A DNA stretch of 32,000 bases from Kineococcus radiotolerans SRS30216 = ATCC BAA-149 (GCF_000017305.1 NC_009664.2:3420001-3452000), one strand, 5' to 3'; counted from the stretch's first letter, positions 16,059 through 23,867 are shown. Notes: generated from the sequence alone by a model not told the origin. Numbers and translations are program-made.

Positions 16059-16225
16059 TGCGGACGAGCACCCGGGGGGCCCGGTCTGGCACCGTGTCCC
16101 CCGGGGGCGTCTAATGAACCGGGCGAGGGGTACCCGGCAGGTAGCGTGGAGGACACGCGGCGCGTCCGGTCCGTTCGCCGGCCCGAGGGGTCGCGTTCCA
16201 GCAGCACGAGGAGAGGAATCCGTCG

Positions 16226-17518
16226 GTGGCACGCATCGGTGACGGTGGCGACCTGCTGAAGTGCTCGTTCTGCGGCAAGAGCCAGAAGCAGGTCAAGAAG
16301 CTCATCGCGGGCCCTGGCGTCTACATCTGCGACGAGTGCATCGACCTCTGCAACGAGATCATCGAGGAGGAGCTCGCCGAGGCCAACGACCTGGGCCTGG
16401 TGGAGCTGCCGAAGCCGAAGGAGATCTTCGACTTCCTCGACCAGTACGTCATCGGCCAGTCCTCGGCGAAGAAGTCCCTCGCCGTGGCCGTCTACAACCA
16501 CTACAAGCGCATCCAGGTCGGCGAGCCCTCGACGAAGGGCCGCGAGGACGCCGTCGAGATCTCCAAGTCCAACATCCTGCTCATCGGCCCCACCGGCTGC
16601 GGCAAGACGTACCTGGCGCAGACGCTCGCCAAGATGCTCAACGTCCCCTTCGCCATCGCCGACGCCACGGCGCTGACCGAGGCCGGCTACGTGGGCGAGG
16701 ACGTCGAGAACATCCTCCTCAAGCTCATCCAGGCCGCTGACTACGACGTCAAGAAGGCCGAGACGGGGATCATCTACATCGACGAGGTCGACAAGATCGC
16801 CCGCAAGTCGGAGAACCCCTCCATCACCCGCGACGTGTCGGGGGAGGGCGTCCAGCAGGCGCTGCTGAAGATCCTCGAGGGGACCACGGCCAGCGTCCCG
16901 CCGCAGGGCGGGCGCAAGCACCCCCACCAGGAGTTCATCCAGATCGACACGACGAACGTCCTGTTCATCGTGGGCGGGGCCTTCGCCGGTCTGGACCGCA
17001 TCATCGAGGCGCGCTCGGGCAAGCAGGGTCTGGGCTTCGGCGCCCAGCTGCGCTCGACGACGGAGAAGAAGGCCGAGCCGTCCTTCGCCGACGTCATGCC
17101 CGAAGACCTCATGAAGTTCGGGCTCATCCCCGAGTTCATCGGCCGCCTGCCGATCATCACCTCGGTCGAGAACCTCGACCAGGAAGCCTTGGTGCAGATC
17201 CTCACCAAGCCGCGCAACGCCCTGGCCAAGCAGTACCAGCGGATGTTCGAGCTGGACGGGGTGGAGCTGGAGTTCACCGACGACGCCCTCGAGGCCGTCG
17301 CCGACCAGGCCATCCTGCGCGGCACCGGGGCCCGCGGTCTGCGCGCGATCATCGAGGAGGTCCTCCTCCCGGTGATGTTCGACGTGCCCAGCCGCGACGA
17401 CATCGCCCGCGTCGTGGTGACCCGCGAGGTCGTCCTGAAGAACGTGAACCCCACGCTGGTGCCCCGCGAGGCCCCGGCCCGCAAGCCCACCCGGGAACGG
17501 CGCGAGAAGTCGGCCTGA
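16226..17518 (+). CDS. clpX: ATP-dependent Clp protease ATP-binding subunit ClpX
   Basis: The N-terminal zinc-binding domain is [41 protein letters not shown]. Walker A is GPTGCGKT and Walker B is [19 protein letters not shown] lies upstream of GTG 16226. Confidence 0.96.
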   Translation: MARIGDGGDLLKCSFCGKSQKQVKKLIAGPGVYICDECIDLCNEIIEEELAEANDLGLVELPKPKEIFDFLDQYVIGQSSAKKSLAVAVYNHYKRIQVGEPSTKGREDAVEISKSNILLIGPTGCGKTYLAQTLAKMLNVPFAIADATALTEAGYVGEDVENILLKLIQAADYDVKKAETGIIYIDEVDKIARKSENPSITRDVSGEGVQQALLKILEGTTASVPPQGGRKHPHQEFIQIDTTNVLFIVGGAFAGLDRIIEARSGKQGLGFGAQLRSTTEKKAEPSFADVMPEDLMKFGLIPEFIGRLPIITSVENLDQEALVQILTKPRNALAKQYQRMFELDGVELEFTDDALEAVADQAILRGTGARGLRAIIEEVLLPVMFDVPSRDDIARVVVTREVVLKNVNPTLVPREAPARKPTRERREKSA

Positions 17519-17536
17519 CCCCGGTCCGGGCACGAC

Positions 17537-17570
17537 GAAGGGCCCCGCACCTCGAGGTGCGGGGCCCTTC
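17537..17570. terminator. Bidirectional terminator hairpin between convergent clpX and the YceI-fusion gene (34-nt perfect palindrome)
   Basis: gaagggccccgcacctcgaggtgcggggcccttc is fully self-complementary, giving a ~15-bp stem with a tcga loop. It lies between the stops at 17518 and 17597. Confidence 0.7.
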
Positions 17571-17596
17571 GCCGTGCCCGGCCCGGGCGGGTGGGG

Positions 17597-18454
17597 CTAC
17601 TGCTGCAGGACGGTCTGGACGTCGATGGCGACCTTGAGGGTGGTGCCGAAGACGGCGACGCCGATGCCGACGGCCTGGTTCCAGTTCATCTTGAAGTCGT
17701 CGCGGTGCAGCTCGGTGGTGGCCGAGAACGCCGCGCGGGTCCCGCCCCAGGGGTCCGGCCCGCTGCCGGCGTAGGACAGCTGCAGCTGCACCGGACGGGT
17801 GGTGCCCAGCAGGGTGAGGTCCCCGGCCAGCACCCACCCCTCGGCGCCGCGCTGGACCCCGGACGCGCTGAAGGTCAGCGTGGGGAACCGGGCGGTGTCG
17901 AGGAAGTCGGGGGAGCGCAGGTGCTCGTCGCGCTGGGCGTTGCCGGTGTCGATGGAGGTCGCGTCGATCTCGACCTGCACCGTCGAGCGGGTCACGTCCT
18001 CGGGGACGGTGACGACCCCGGAGAAGTTCGTGAACCGCCCGTGCACCGCGGACAGGCCGAGGTGGTGGGCGGTGGCGGAGATGGTGGAGTGGGTGACGTC
18101 GATGGCCCAGACCCCGGGGGGCGGGACGTCGCTGCCGCCCTGGCGGCGCAACCGGACCTCGCCGACGGACCACGCCCCGGCCGCGGGGACGACGACGCTG
18201 GTGGCGCGCGGGTCGTGGGCGGGGGCGGCGACCAGCATGGTCGCCGCGCCCGCCGGGACCCCGAGGAGGGTGAAGGTCCCGTCGCCACCGGTCACCGCGC
18301 GGGCGACCTGCGACCCGTCGGCGCCGAGCAGGGTGACCGAGGCGCCGGTGACGGGCCAGCCCTCGCGGGTCAGGACCCGCCCCTCGCCCGTCACCGCGGC
18401 CTGCGCGCCGGCCGCGGGGTCGGCGCGCAGGTCGGTCTCGCGGTCGGGACTCAC
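17597..18454 (-). CDS. Fusion protein: N-terminal carboxypeptidase-regulatory-like beta-sandwich domain + C-terminal YceI-like (polyisoprenoid/lipid-binding) domain; no signal peptide seen
   Basis: Residues ~21-104 (VTGEGRVLTREGWPVTGASVTLLGADGSQVARAVTGGDGTFTLLGVPAGAATMLV...) fit the CarboxypepD_reg-type pattern. Residues ~115-285 (WAIDVTHSTISATAHHLGLSAVHGRFTNFSG...IDTGNAQRDEHLRSPDFLDTARFPTLTF...GDLTLLGTTRPV) are a YceI signature. The GTG start overlaps the pump's TGA stop (GTGA at 18451-18454). Confidence 0.85.
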   Translation of the reverse strand: MSPDRETDLRADPAAGAQAAVTGEGRVLTREGWPVTGASVTLLGADGSQVARAVTGGDGTFTLLGVPAGAATMLVAAPAHDPRATSVVVPAAGAWSVGEVRLRRQGGSDVPPPGVWAIDVTHSTISATAHHLGLSAVHGRFTNFSGVVTVPEDVTRSTVQVEIDATSIDTGNAQRDEHLRSPDFLDTARFPTLTFSASGVQRGAEGWVLAGDLTLLGTTRPVQLQLSYAGSGPDPWGGTRAAFSATTELHRDDFKMNWNQAVGIGVAVFGTTLKVAIDVQTVLQQ

Positions 18455-21003
18455 CGGCGGTCCTCGCCGACCCGGGAGGTGTCCTCGAAGCGGGTGAGGT
18501 CCAGCGTCGAGGGGGCGTCGCCGGAGCCCAGGGTGATCTGCGCGGCGGACACGGTGTCCTCCTCGATGTCGACGCTGGTGGCGACCGGGGCGAAGCCGGC
18601 CGCGGTCAGGGTGTAGTGGCCCCCGGCCAGGTCCTCGAAGGAGTAGCTGCCGTCGGCGCCGGTGAGGACCGAGCCGACGACCTCGCCGGAGGAGTCGACG
18701 AGGGTGACCGCGGCCTCCTTCAGGACCCGCCCGTCGCTGGCGGCGACGACCGTGCCGGTGAGGCGGCCCCCGCCGGTGAGGACGAGGTCGCAGGCCAGGG
18801 CCCCGGAGTCGGGGACCTCGACGCCGCGGGCCAGCGGCCGGTGCGACTCGCTCTGGGCGGTCAGCACGTAGCTGCCCCCCATGAGCTGGTCGAAGGCGTA
18901 GCTGCCGCCCCCGTCGGTGCGGGTGGAGCCGACGACCTCACCGGTGACGTCGGTGAGGGTCACCAGGGCGCCGCGCACCCCGTGGTGGTCGCCGGCGTCG
19001 ACGTCGCCGGTGACCTCGTGGGCCAGCACCCGGCCGGTGATGGCCGAGCGGCCCGAGAGGGTCACGTCGCGGGTGATCGAGGTGTCGCCGACCCCCACGA
19101 GCGTCGCGGAGGGGGCCACGTGGGCCGCGGCGACGATCAGCAGGTAGGTGCCGCCGGTCGGCAGGGCGAGGCGGTAGGAGCCGTCCGCGCCGGTGGAGGT
19201 GCGCGAGACCTGCTGACCTGACTGGTCGGCCAGGGTCACCACGGCGCCGGCGAGCGGGCGCTGGTCGTGGTGGCGCACGGCGCCGGACAGCGAGAGCCCG
19301 GTGTCGGTGCGGGTGGGCTGGGCGGGCACGCTCGTCGTCTCCTCCCGGTCGGGGCGCGCGGCGCCGTGGGCCCCGGGGGTGCCGGTGGTCGTGGCGGCGA
19401 CGCGGTCGGGCGAGCTGGTCGTCGCCTCCGCGACATCCTGGCCGGTGCCGTCGTCGCTGCGCAACGCGCGCTCCTTGAAGAAGAGCGTGATGACGAACGC
19501 GATGAGGGCGAAGGGGGCCGCGAGGAGGAACACGTCGGCGATGGAGGAGCCGTAGGCGGCCTGGACGACCGCGCGCAGCGGCGCGGGGATGGCGTCGAGG
19601 TCGGGGACGCCGGTGCTGGAGCCCAGGGCGCTCGTGGCGGCGGCCGGGTCGATGCCAGCGGTGCTCAGGCCGGTCTCGAGGTGGCTGGTGACGCGGTGGC
19701 CGAGGACGGCGCCGAGCGCGGAGACGCCGATCGCCCCGCCGAGGCTGCGGGCGAAGGCGACGAAGGAGCTGGCCGAGCCCATGTCGCGGGCGTCGGCGAC
19801 GTTCTGCACGGCGAGCACGAGGTTCTGCATCATCATGCCGACGCCGAGGCCGATGAGGGCCATGTACGGGGCGACGACCCAGTAGTTCGTGTCGTACTCG
19901 ATGGTGCCCATGAGGGCGAGCCCGGCGGTGAGCAGGACGCCCCCGACGACGAGCCACGCCTTCCACTTCCCGGTGCGGGTGATGGCCTGCCCGGCGACGG
20001 TGGAGGCCAGGAAGAGCCCGGCGATCATCGGGATCGTCATGACCCCGGCCATCGTGGGCGACTCGTGGCGGGCGAGCTGGAAGTACTGGCTGAGGAAGAT
20101 CGTGGCGCCGAACATGGCGACCCCGACGAAGAGGCTGGCCGCGGCGGAGAGCGCGATCGTGGGGTTGCGGAAGAACTTCAGCGGGACGATCGGCTCCTTG
20201 GCCCGGTGCTCGGCCAGGACGGCCAGGGCCAGGAAGACGACACCGGCGGCGACCAGCGCCACGGTCCACCAGGACGCCCAGTCGAACTCGGTGCCGGCCA
20301 GGGAGACCCAGATGAGCAGGGCGGAGATGCCCAGGGCCAGCAGGATCGCGCCGAGGTAGTCGATCGACACCTCGCGCCGGGGCTGCTCGGGCAGCTTGAG
20401 CTTGAACTGGAGGACGAAGAAGGCGATGACCGCGAACGGGACGCCGACGTAGAAGCACCAGTGCCAGGACAGGTGCTCGGTGAGCACGCCGCCGATGAGC
20501 GGACCGCCCACGGTGGCCAGGGCGAAGGTGGCCCCGAGGTAGCCGGAGTAGCGGCCGCGCTCGCGCGGGCTGACCATCGAGGCGAGGATCACTTGGGCGA
20601 GGGCGAGCAGGCCGCCGCCGCCGAGGCCCTGGAACACGCGCAGGGTGATGAGCATCCCCATGCTGGTGGACAGCCCGGCGATGGCGGAGGCCACGACGAA
20701 GATGACCAGGGCGATCTGGACGAGCAGCTTCTTGGAGAAGAGGTCGGCCAGCTTGCCCCAGATGGGCGTGGAGATCGTGGTCGCGAGCAGCGCCGCGGTG
20801 ACGACCCAGGTGTAGCCGGACTCGGTGCCGTGGAGGTCGTTGACGATCCTCGGCAGGGCGTTCGAGACGACCGTCGACGACAGGATCGCGACGAACATGC
20901 CGAGCAGCAGGCCGGACAGCGCCTCGAGGATCTCCTTGTGGGACATCTTCGGCGCGACGCCCGGGGCGGGCTGGGTCGAGGTGGTGGGGGTCGTGGTGCT
21001 CAT
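18451..21003 (-). CDS. DHA2-type (EmrB/QacA-like, 14-TMS) MFS transporter with a ~280-aa C-terminal extension of three tandem carboxypeptidase-regulatory-like repeats (850 aa)
   Basis: ATG 21003 (MSTTTPTTSTQPAPGV...). I count 14 hydrophobic segments by eye. MFS motifs are present (GKLADLFSKKLL, LRVFQGLGGGG). After TMS14 (IADVFLLAAPFALIAFVITLFF) comes a ~60-aa low-complexity linker, then three repeats of 85-104 aa. Each repeat has G.V....G.P..GA.VTL.D..G..V....T...G.Y.......G.Y.L. The rest of track ORF 18451..22188 is an artefact. Confidence 0.88.
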   Translation of the reverse strand: MSTTTPTTSTQPAPGVAPKMSHKEILEALSGLLLGMFVAILSSTVVSNALPRIVNDLHGTESGYTWVVTAALLATTISTPIWGKLADLFSKKLLVQIALVIFVVASAIAGLSTSMGMLITLRVFQGLGGGGLLALAQVILASMVSPRERGRYSGYLGATFALATVGGPLIGGVLTEHLSWHWCFYVGVPFAVIAFFVLQFKLKLPEQPRREVSIDYLGAILLALGISALLIWVSLAGTEFDWASWWTVALVAAGVVFLALAVLAEHRAKEPIVPLKFFRNPTIALSAAASLFVGVAMFGATIFLSQYFQLARHESPTMAGVMTIPMIAGLFLASTVAGQAITRTGKWKAWLVVGGVLLTAGLALMGTIEYDTNYWVVAPYMALIGLGVGMMMQNLVLAVQNVADARDMGSASSFVAFARSLGGAIGVSALGAVLGHRVTSHLETGLSTAGIDPAAATSALGSSTGVPDLDAIPAPLRAVVQAAYGSSIADVFLLAAPFALIAFVITLFFKERALRSDDGTGQDVAEATTSSPDRVAATTTGTPGAHGAARPDREETTSVPAQPTRTDTGLSLSGAVRHHDQRPLAGAVVTLADQSGQQVSRTSTGADGSYRLALPTGGTYLLIVAAAHVAPSATLVGVGDTSITRDVTLSGRSAITGRVLAHEVTGDVDAGDHHGVRGALVTLTDVTGEVVGSTRTDGGGSYAFDQLMGGSYVLTAQSESHRPLARGVEVPDSGALACDLVLTGGGRLTGTVVAASDGRVLKEAAVTLVDSSGEVVGSVLTGADGSYSFEDLAGGHYTLTAAGFAPVATSVDIEEDTVSAAQITLGSGDAPSTLDLTRFEDTSRVGEDRR
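18454..19299 (-). other. Region encoding the three tandem beta-sandwich repeats of the pump tail (protein-level repeats, diverged at DNA level)
   Basis: Repeat 1 runs GLSLSGAVRHH...VTLSGRS. Repeat 2 runs AITGRVLAHE...LVLTGGG. Repeat 3 runs RLTGTVVAAS...ITLGSG plus a short tail. Boundaries come from hand counting (282 aa). Confidence 0.7.
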
Positions 21004-21509
21004 GCGTTGCCCTGCAACTGCTTCTCCCGGGTGTGGGTCGTGGTGTCCGGCGACGTCGCCGCTGGTCCGGTGCGGGCGCACCCGCCGCCGGTGGCGGTGG
21101 CGGTGGCCGTGGTGGCGAGCCGGTCGAGGAGGCGGGTGAGGTCCCCGACCTCCTGGTCGGGCCAGTCGGAGAGCCGCTCGACGAGCTTGTCGACGAGGTC
21201 GCGGCGGGTCCGGCGCAGTTCCCCGGTCCCCTCGGCGCTGACGGTCAGCCGCTGGGAGCGGCCGTCGTCGGGGTCGGGGGAGGAGTCGAGGAACCCCTTC
21301 TGGCGCAGGTGGGCGACCTGGCGGCTGACCGTGGAGAGGTCGAGGGAGAGGTGCTCGGCGACCTCGCTGATGCGCATCGAGCCCCGCTGGTGCACGACGG
21401 CGAGCGTCGCGACGGCGGGGGTGCTCAGCGCGCCGACGAGCGCGCGGCGTGCCCGGAGCAGGTCCGGGAACACGTCGACGAGCGCGGCGCACGCGTGGGG
21501 TGTGGCCAT
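21000..21509 (-). CDS. MarR-family transcriptional regulator (MarR-1) with a low-complexity Thr/Ala C-terminal tail
   Basis: ATG 21509 (MATPHACAALVDVFPDLL...). The winged helix-turn-helix is MRISEVAEHLSLDLSTVSRQVAHLRQKGFLD...DGRSQRLTVS. GAAGG lies 5 nt upstream. Its TGA overlaps the pump ATG (ATGA at 21000-21003). Confidence 0.85.
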   Translation of the reverse strand: MATPHACAALVDVFPDLLRARRALVGALSTPAVATLAVVHQRGSMRISEVAEHLSLDLSTVSRQVAHLRQKGFLDSSPDPDDGRSQRLTVSAEGTGELRRTRRDLVDKLVERLSDWPDQEVGDLTRLLDRLATTATATATGGGCARTGPAATSPDTTTHTREKQLQGNA

Positions 21510-21525
21510 GTCGACCTTCGAGCTC

Positions 21526-21575
21526 GGTTGGTGTGTGCAAGCAACCATATCTCCGGATGGTTGCACCATGCAACC
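21526..21575 (-). promoter_or_regulatory. Promoter (minus strand TTGCAT-18 nt-TATGGT) overlapped by GCAACC/GGTTGC half-site palindromes; candidate MarR operator(s)
   Basis: On the plus strand there is a perfect inverted repeat, gcaaccat (21541-21548) - 8 nt - atggttgc (21557-21564). A further GCAACC lies at 21570-21575 and a degenerate ggttgg at 21526-21531. On the minus strand the -35 TTGCAT is 21573-21568 and the -10 TATGGT is 21549-21544. Confidence 0.5.
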
Positions 21576-21608
21576 CGAGCTGCCGGTGCGCCCCCGCGGG
21601 CGGAGGGC

Positions 21609-22037
21609 TCAGATGAGGGCGTTGAGGCGGCCCAGCAGCGCGGCGAGCTGGGTCATGTCCTCCTCCGGCCACCCCTCCAGGCGGGAGTGCAGGCGCTGGC
21701 GGCGGGCCGCGCGGGCGGCGTGCACCTTCTCCAGACCCTCGGCGGAGAGGGTCAGGCGCACGGCGCGGCCGTCGGTGGGGTCCGCCTCGCGGGTGACCAG
21801 GCCCAGGCGCTCCAGGAGCTGGACCTGGCGGGACAGCGTCGGCTTGCCGATGCCGAAGAACGTCGCCAGGTCCGAGGGGCGGGTCTCGCCGACGTCGTCG
21901 AGGCGGACCAGCAGGCTGTAGGCCTCCGGCTCCAGGTCGGGGTGGACGCTGCGCGCGGTCTCCCGGTTGATCGCCCGCGAGCGCCGCAGCAGGACGGCGA
22001 GCTCGCGCTCCAGCGCTTCGGCAGGACCCGTGACCAT
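21609..22037 (-). CDS. MarR-family transcriptional regulator (MarR-2), 142 aa
   Basis: Track ORF 21609..22037. The winged helix-turn-helix is TRPSDLATFFGIGKPTLSRQVQLLERLGLVTREADPTDGRAVRLTLS. Confidence 0.88.
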   Translation of the reverse strand: MVTGPAEALERELAVLLRRSRAINRETARSVHPDLEPEAYSLLVRLDDVGETRPSDLATFFGIGKPTLSRQVQLLERLGLVTREADPTDGRAVRLTLSAEGLEKVHAARAARRQRLHSRLEGWPEEDMTQLAALLGRLNALI

Positions 22038-22043
22038 CCCAGG

Positions 22044-22049
22044 AACCTA
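22044..22049 (-). promoter_or_regulatory. -10-like hexamer TAGGTT (minus strand) 6 nt before ATG 22037 (leaderless-type layout)
   Basis: The minus strand reads ggTAGGTTcctgggATG. No Shine-Dalgarno sequence is present. Confidence 0.4.
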
Positions 22050-22126
22050 CCGGTCCGCCCGCGGGGGCGGGGGAGCGGTCGCCGACGCGCCGGGGCGGAA
22101 CGCTCGACGTGCGCGCCCCGGCCCCG

Positions 22127-22161
22127 TACTGTCCATCCCGATGCATCGAACCGATGCATCG
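22127..22161 (+). promoter_or_regulatory. -10-like TACTGT followed by two tandem copies of CCGATGCATCG (each containing the perfect 10-nt palindrome CGATGCATCG); candidate PadR operator
   Basis: TACTGT is at 22127-22132. The copies are at 22138-22148 and 22151-22161 (13-nt period). The second copy ends 16 nt upstream of the PadR GTG at 22178. Confidence 0.5.
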
Positions 22162-22177
22162 GGACGGAGGGGAACCG

Positions 22178-22774
22178 GTGGTCCGCAAACGGGGTGACGT
22201 CCTGCTGCTCGCGGTGCTCGCCCTGCTGGCCGACGGGCCGCTGCACGGCTACGAGGTGCGCAAGCGCCTCGACCTGCGGCTGGGGGTCTTCCGGGCCCTG
22301 TCCTACGGGACGCTCTACCCGGCGCTGCGGGCCCTGCAGGCCGGTGGCTGCATCACCGAGACGACCCAGGAGCGCCTGCCGGGCACGGTGAGCCCCAAGC
22401 GCGCCCGCGTCGTCTACGAGATCACCGCCCACGGCCGGGACCGCCTGGCCGCGATGCTCGACGAGTCCGGTCCCGAGGCGTGGGAGGACGACGCCTTCGG
22501 GGTCCACTTCGCCCTCTTCACCCGGGTGGCGCCGCGCACCCGGCTGCGCATCCTCGAGGGCCGCCGAGCCCGGCTGCTCGAGCGGCTGGAGCAGATGAAC
22601 CGCTCCATCGACCGCACCCAGGCCCAGCTCGACTCCTACGCCCTCGAGGCGCAGCGGCACGGCGTGGAGACCGTCCGCAGCGAGGTCGACTGGCTCGACC
22701 GCCTCATCACCGCCGAGCACCACCCGCAGCCGACCCTGCGGACCACCCCGAGCAACCCAGAGGAGAACCCCTGA
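22178..22774 (+). CDS. PadR-family transcriptional regulator
   Basis: [23 protein letters not shown]...[19 protein letters not shown]...[11 protein letters not shown] is a PadR winged helix, followed by a C-terminal coiled-coil-like domain. GGAGG lies 7 nt upstream of GTG 22178. Its stop overlaps the ino1 ATG (TGATG). A PadR-like gene also precedes ino1 in mycobacteria, as I recall. Confidence 0.85.
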   Translation: MVRKRGDVLLLAVLALLADGPLHGYEVRKRLDLRLGVFRALSYGTLYPALRALQAGGCITETTQERLPGTVSPKRARVVYEITAHGRDRLAAMLDESGPEAWEDDAFGVHFALFTRVAPRTRLRILEGRRARLLERLEQMNRSIDRTQAQLDSYALEAQRHGVETVRSEVDWLDRLITAEHHPQPTLRTTPSNPEENP

Positions 22775-23856
22775 TGGCAGGTCCCATCCGCGTCGCGATC
22801 GTCGGCGTCGGCAACTGCGCCGCCTCCCTCGTGCAGGGCGTGCAGTACTACCGCGACGCCGACCCGGCCCAGTCGGTCCCCGGCCTCATGCACGTCCAGT
22901 TCGGGGACTACCACGTCCGCGACATCGAGTTCGTCGCCGCCTTCGACGTCGACGACAAGAAGGTCGGCACCGACCTCGCCGACGCCATCGGCGCCAGCGA
23001 GAACAACACCATCAAGATCTGCGACGTCCCCACCACCGGGGTGACCGTCCAGCGCGGGCACACCCTCGACGGCCTCGGCAAGTACTACCGCGAGACGATC
23101 ACCGAGTCCGCGGCCGAGCCCGTCGACGTCGTCGCCGCGCTGCGCGAGGCGCGGGCCGACGTCCTCGTCTGCTACCTGCCCGTCGGGTCCGAGGACGCGG
23201 CGATGTTCTACGCCCAGGCCGCCATCGACGCGAAGGTCGCCTTCGTCAACGCCCTGCCCGTCTTCATCGCCGGCACCCCCGAGTGGGCGCAGAAGTTCAC
23301 CGACGCCGGGGTGCCGATCGTCGGCGACGACATCAAGTCCCAGGTCGGGGCGACCATCACCCACCGCGTCCTGGCCAAGCTGCTCGAGGACCGCGGCATC
23401 CAGCTGGAGCGCACCTACCAGCTCAACGTCGGCGGCAACATGGACTTCAAGAACATGCTGGAGCGCGACCGCCTGGAGTCGAAGAAGATCTCCAAGACCC
23501 AGGCCGTCACCAGCAACGTGCACGCCGACTTCGGCACCCGCAACGTCCACATCGGTCCCAGCGACTACGTCCAGTGGCTCGACGACCGCAAGTGGGCCTA
23601 CGTCCGCTTGGAGGGCAAGGCCTTCGGCGGGGTCCCGCTGAACCTGGAGTACAAGCTCGAGGTGTGGGACTCCCCGAACTCCGCCGGGGTCATCATCGAC
23701 GCCGTCCGGGCCGCCAAGATCGGCCTGGACCGGGGGATCGGCGGCCCGCTGCTGTCCGCCTCGGCCTACTTCATGAAGTCCCCGCCGCAGCAGCGCGACG
23801 ACGAGACCGGCCGCGCCGGCGTCGAGGCCTTCATCGCGGGCACCGTCGACCGCTGA
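22774..23856 (+). CDS. ino1: Inositol-3-phosphate synthase (myo-inositol-1-phosphate synthase)
   Basis: [26 protein letters not shown]...[11 protein letters not shown]...[12 protein letters not shown]...[14 protein letters not shown]...[11 protein letters not shown] are actinobacterial Ino1 signatures. GAGGAG lies upstream of ATG 22774. Confidence 0.95.
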   Translation: MAGPIRVAIVGVGNCAASLVQGVQYYRDADPAQSVPGLMHVQFGDYHVRDIEFVAAFDVDDKKVGTDLADAIGASENNTIKICDVPTTGVTVQRGHTLDGLGKYYRETITESAAEPVDVVAALREARADVLVCYLPVGSEDAAMFYAQAAIDAKVAFVNALPVFIAGTPEWAQKFTDAGVPIVGDDIKSQVGATITHRVLAKLLEDRGIQLERTYQLNVGGNMDFKNMLERDRLESKKISKTQAVTSNVHADFGTRNVHIGPSDYVQWLDDRKWAYVRLEGKAFGGVPLNLEYKLEVWDSPNSAGVIIDAVRAAKIGLDRGIGGPLLSASAYFMKSPPQQRDDETGRAGVEAFIAGTVDR

Positions 23857-23867
23857 CCCCGACGCGC

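Noticed and set aside
16173-16186. GTTCGC-cggcc-cga upstream of clpX, reminiscent of the streptomycete ClgR half-site GTTCGC-N5-GCG
   Set aside because: The second half-site does not match (cga rather than gcg). A single 6-mer match is not evidence.
16037-17533. 498-aa ORF antisense to clpX; similar antisense ORFs lie opposite tig (12996..14525, 13652..15283) and the pump (19267..21921)
   Set aside because: They mirror highly conserved genes on the other strand, have no motifs, and show the composition typical of antisense frames.
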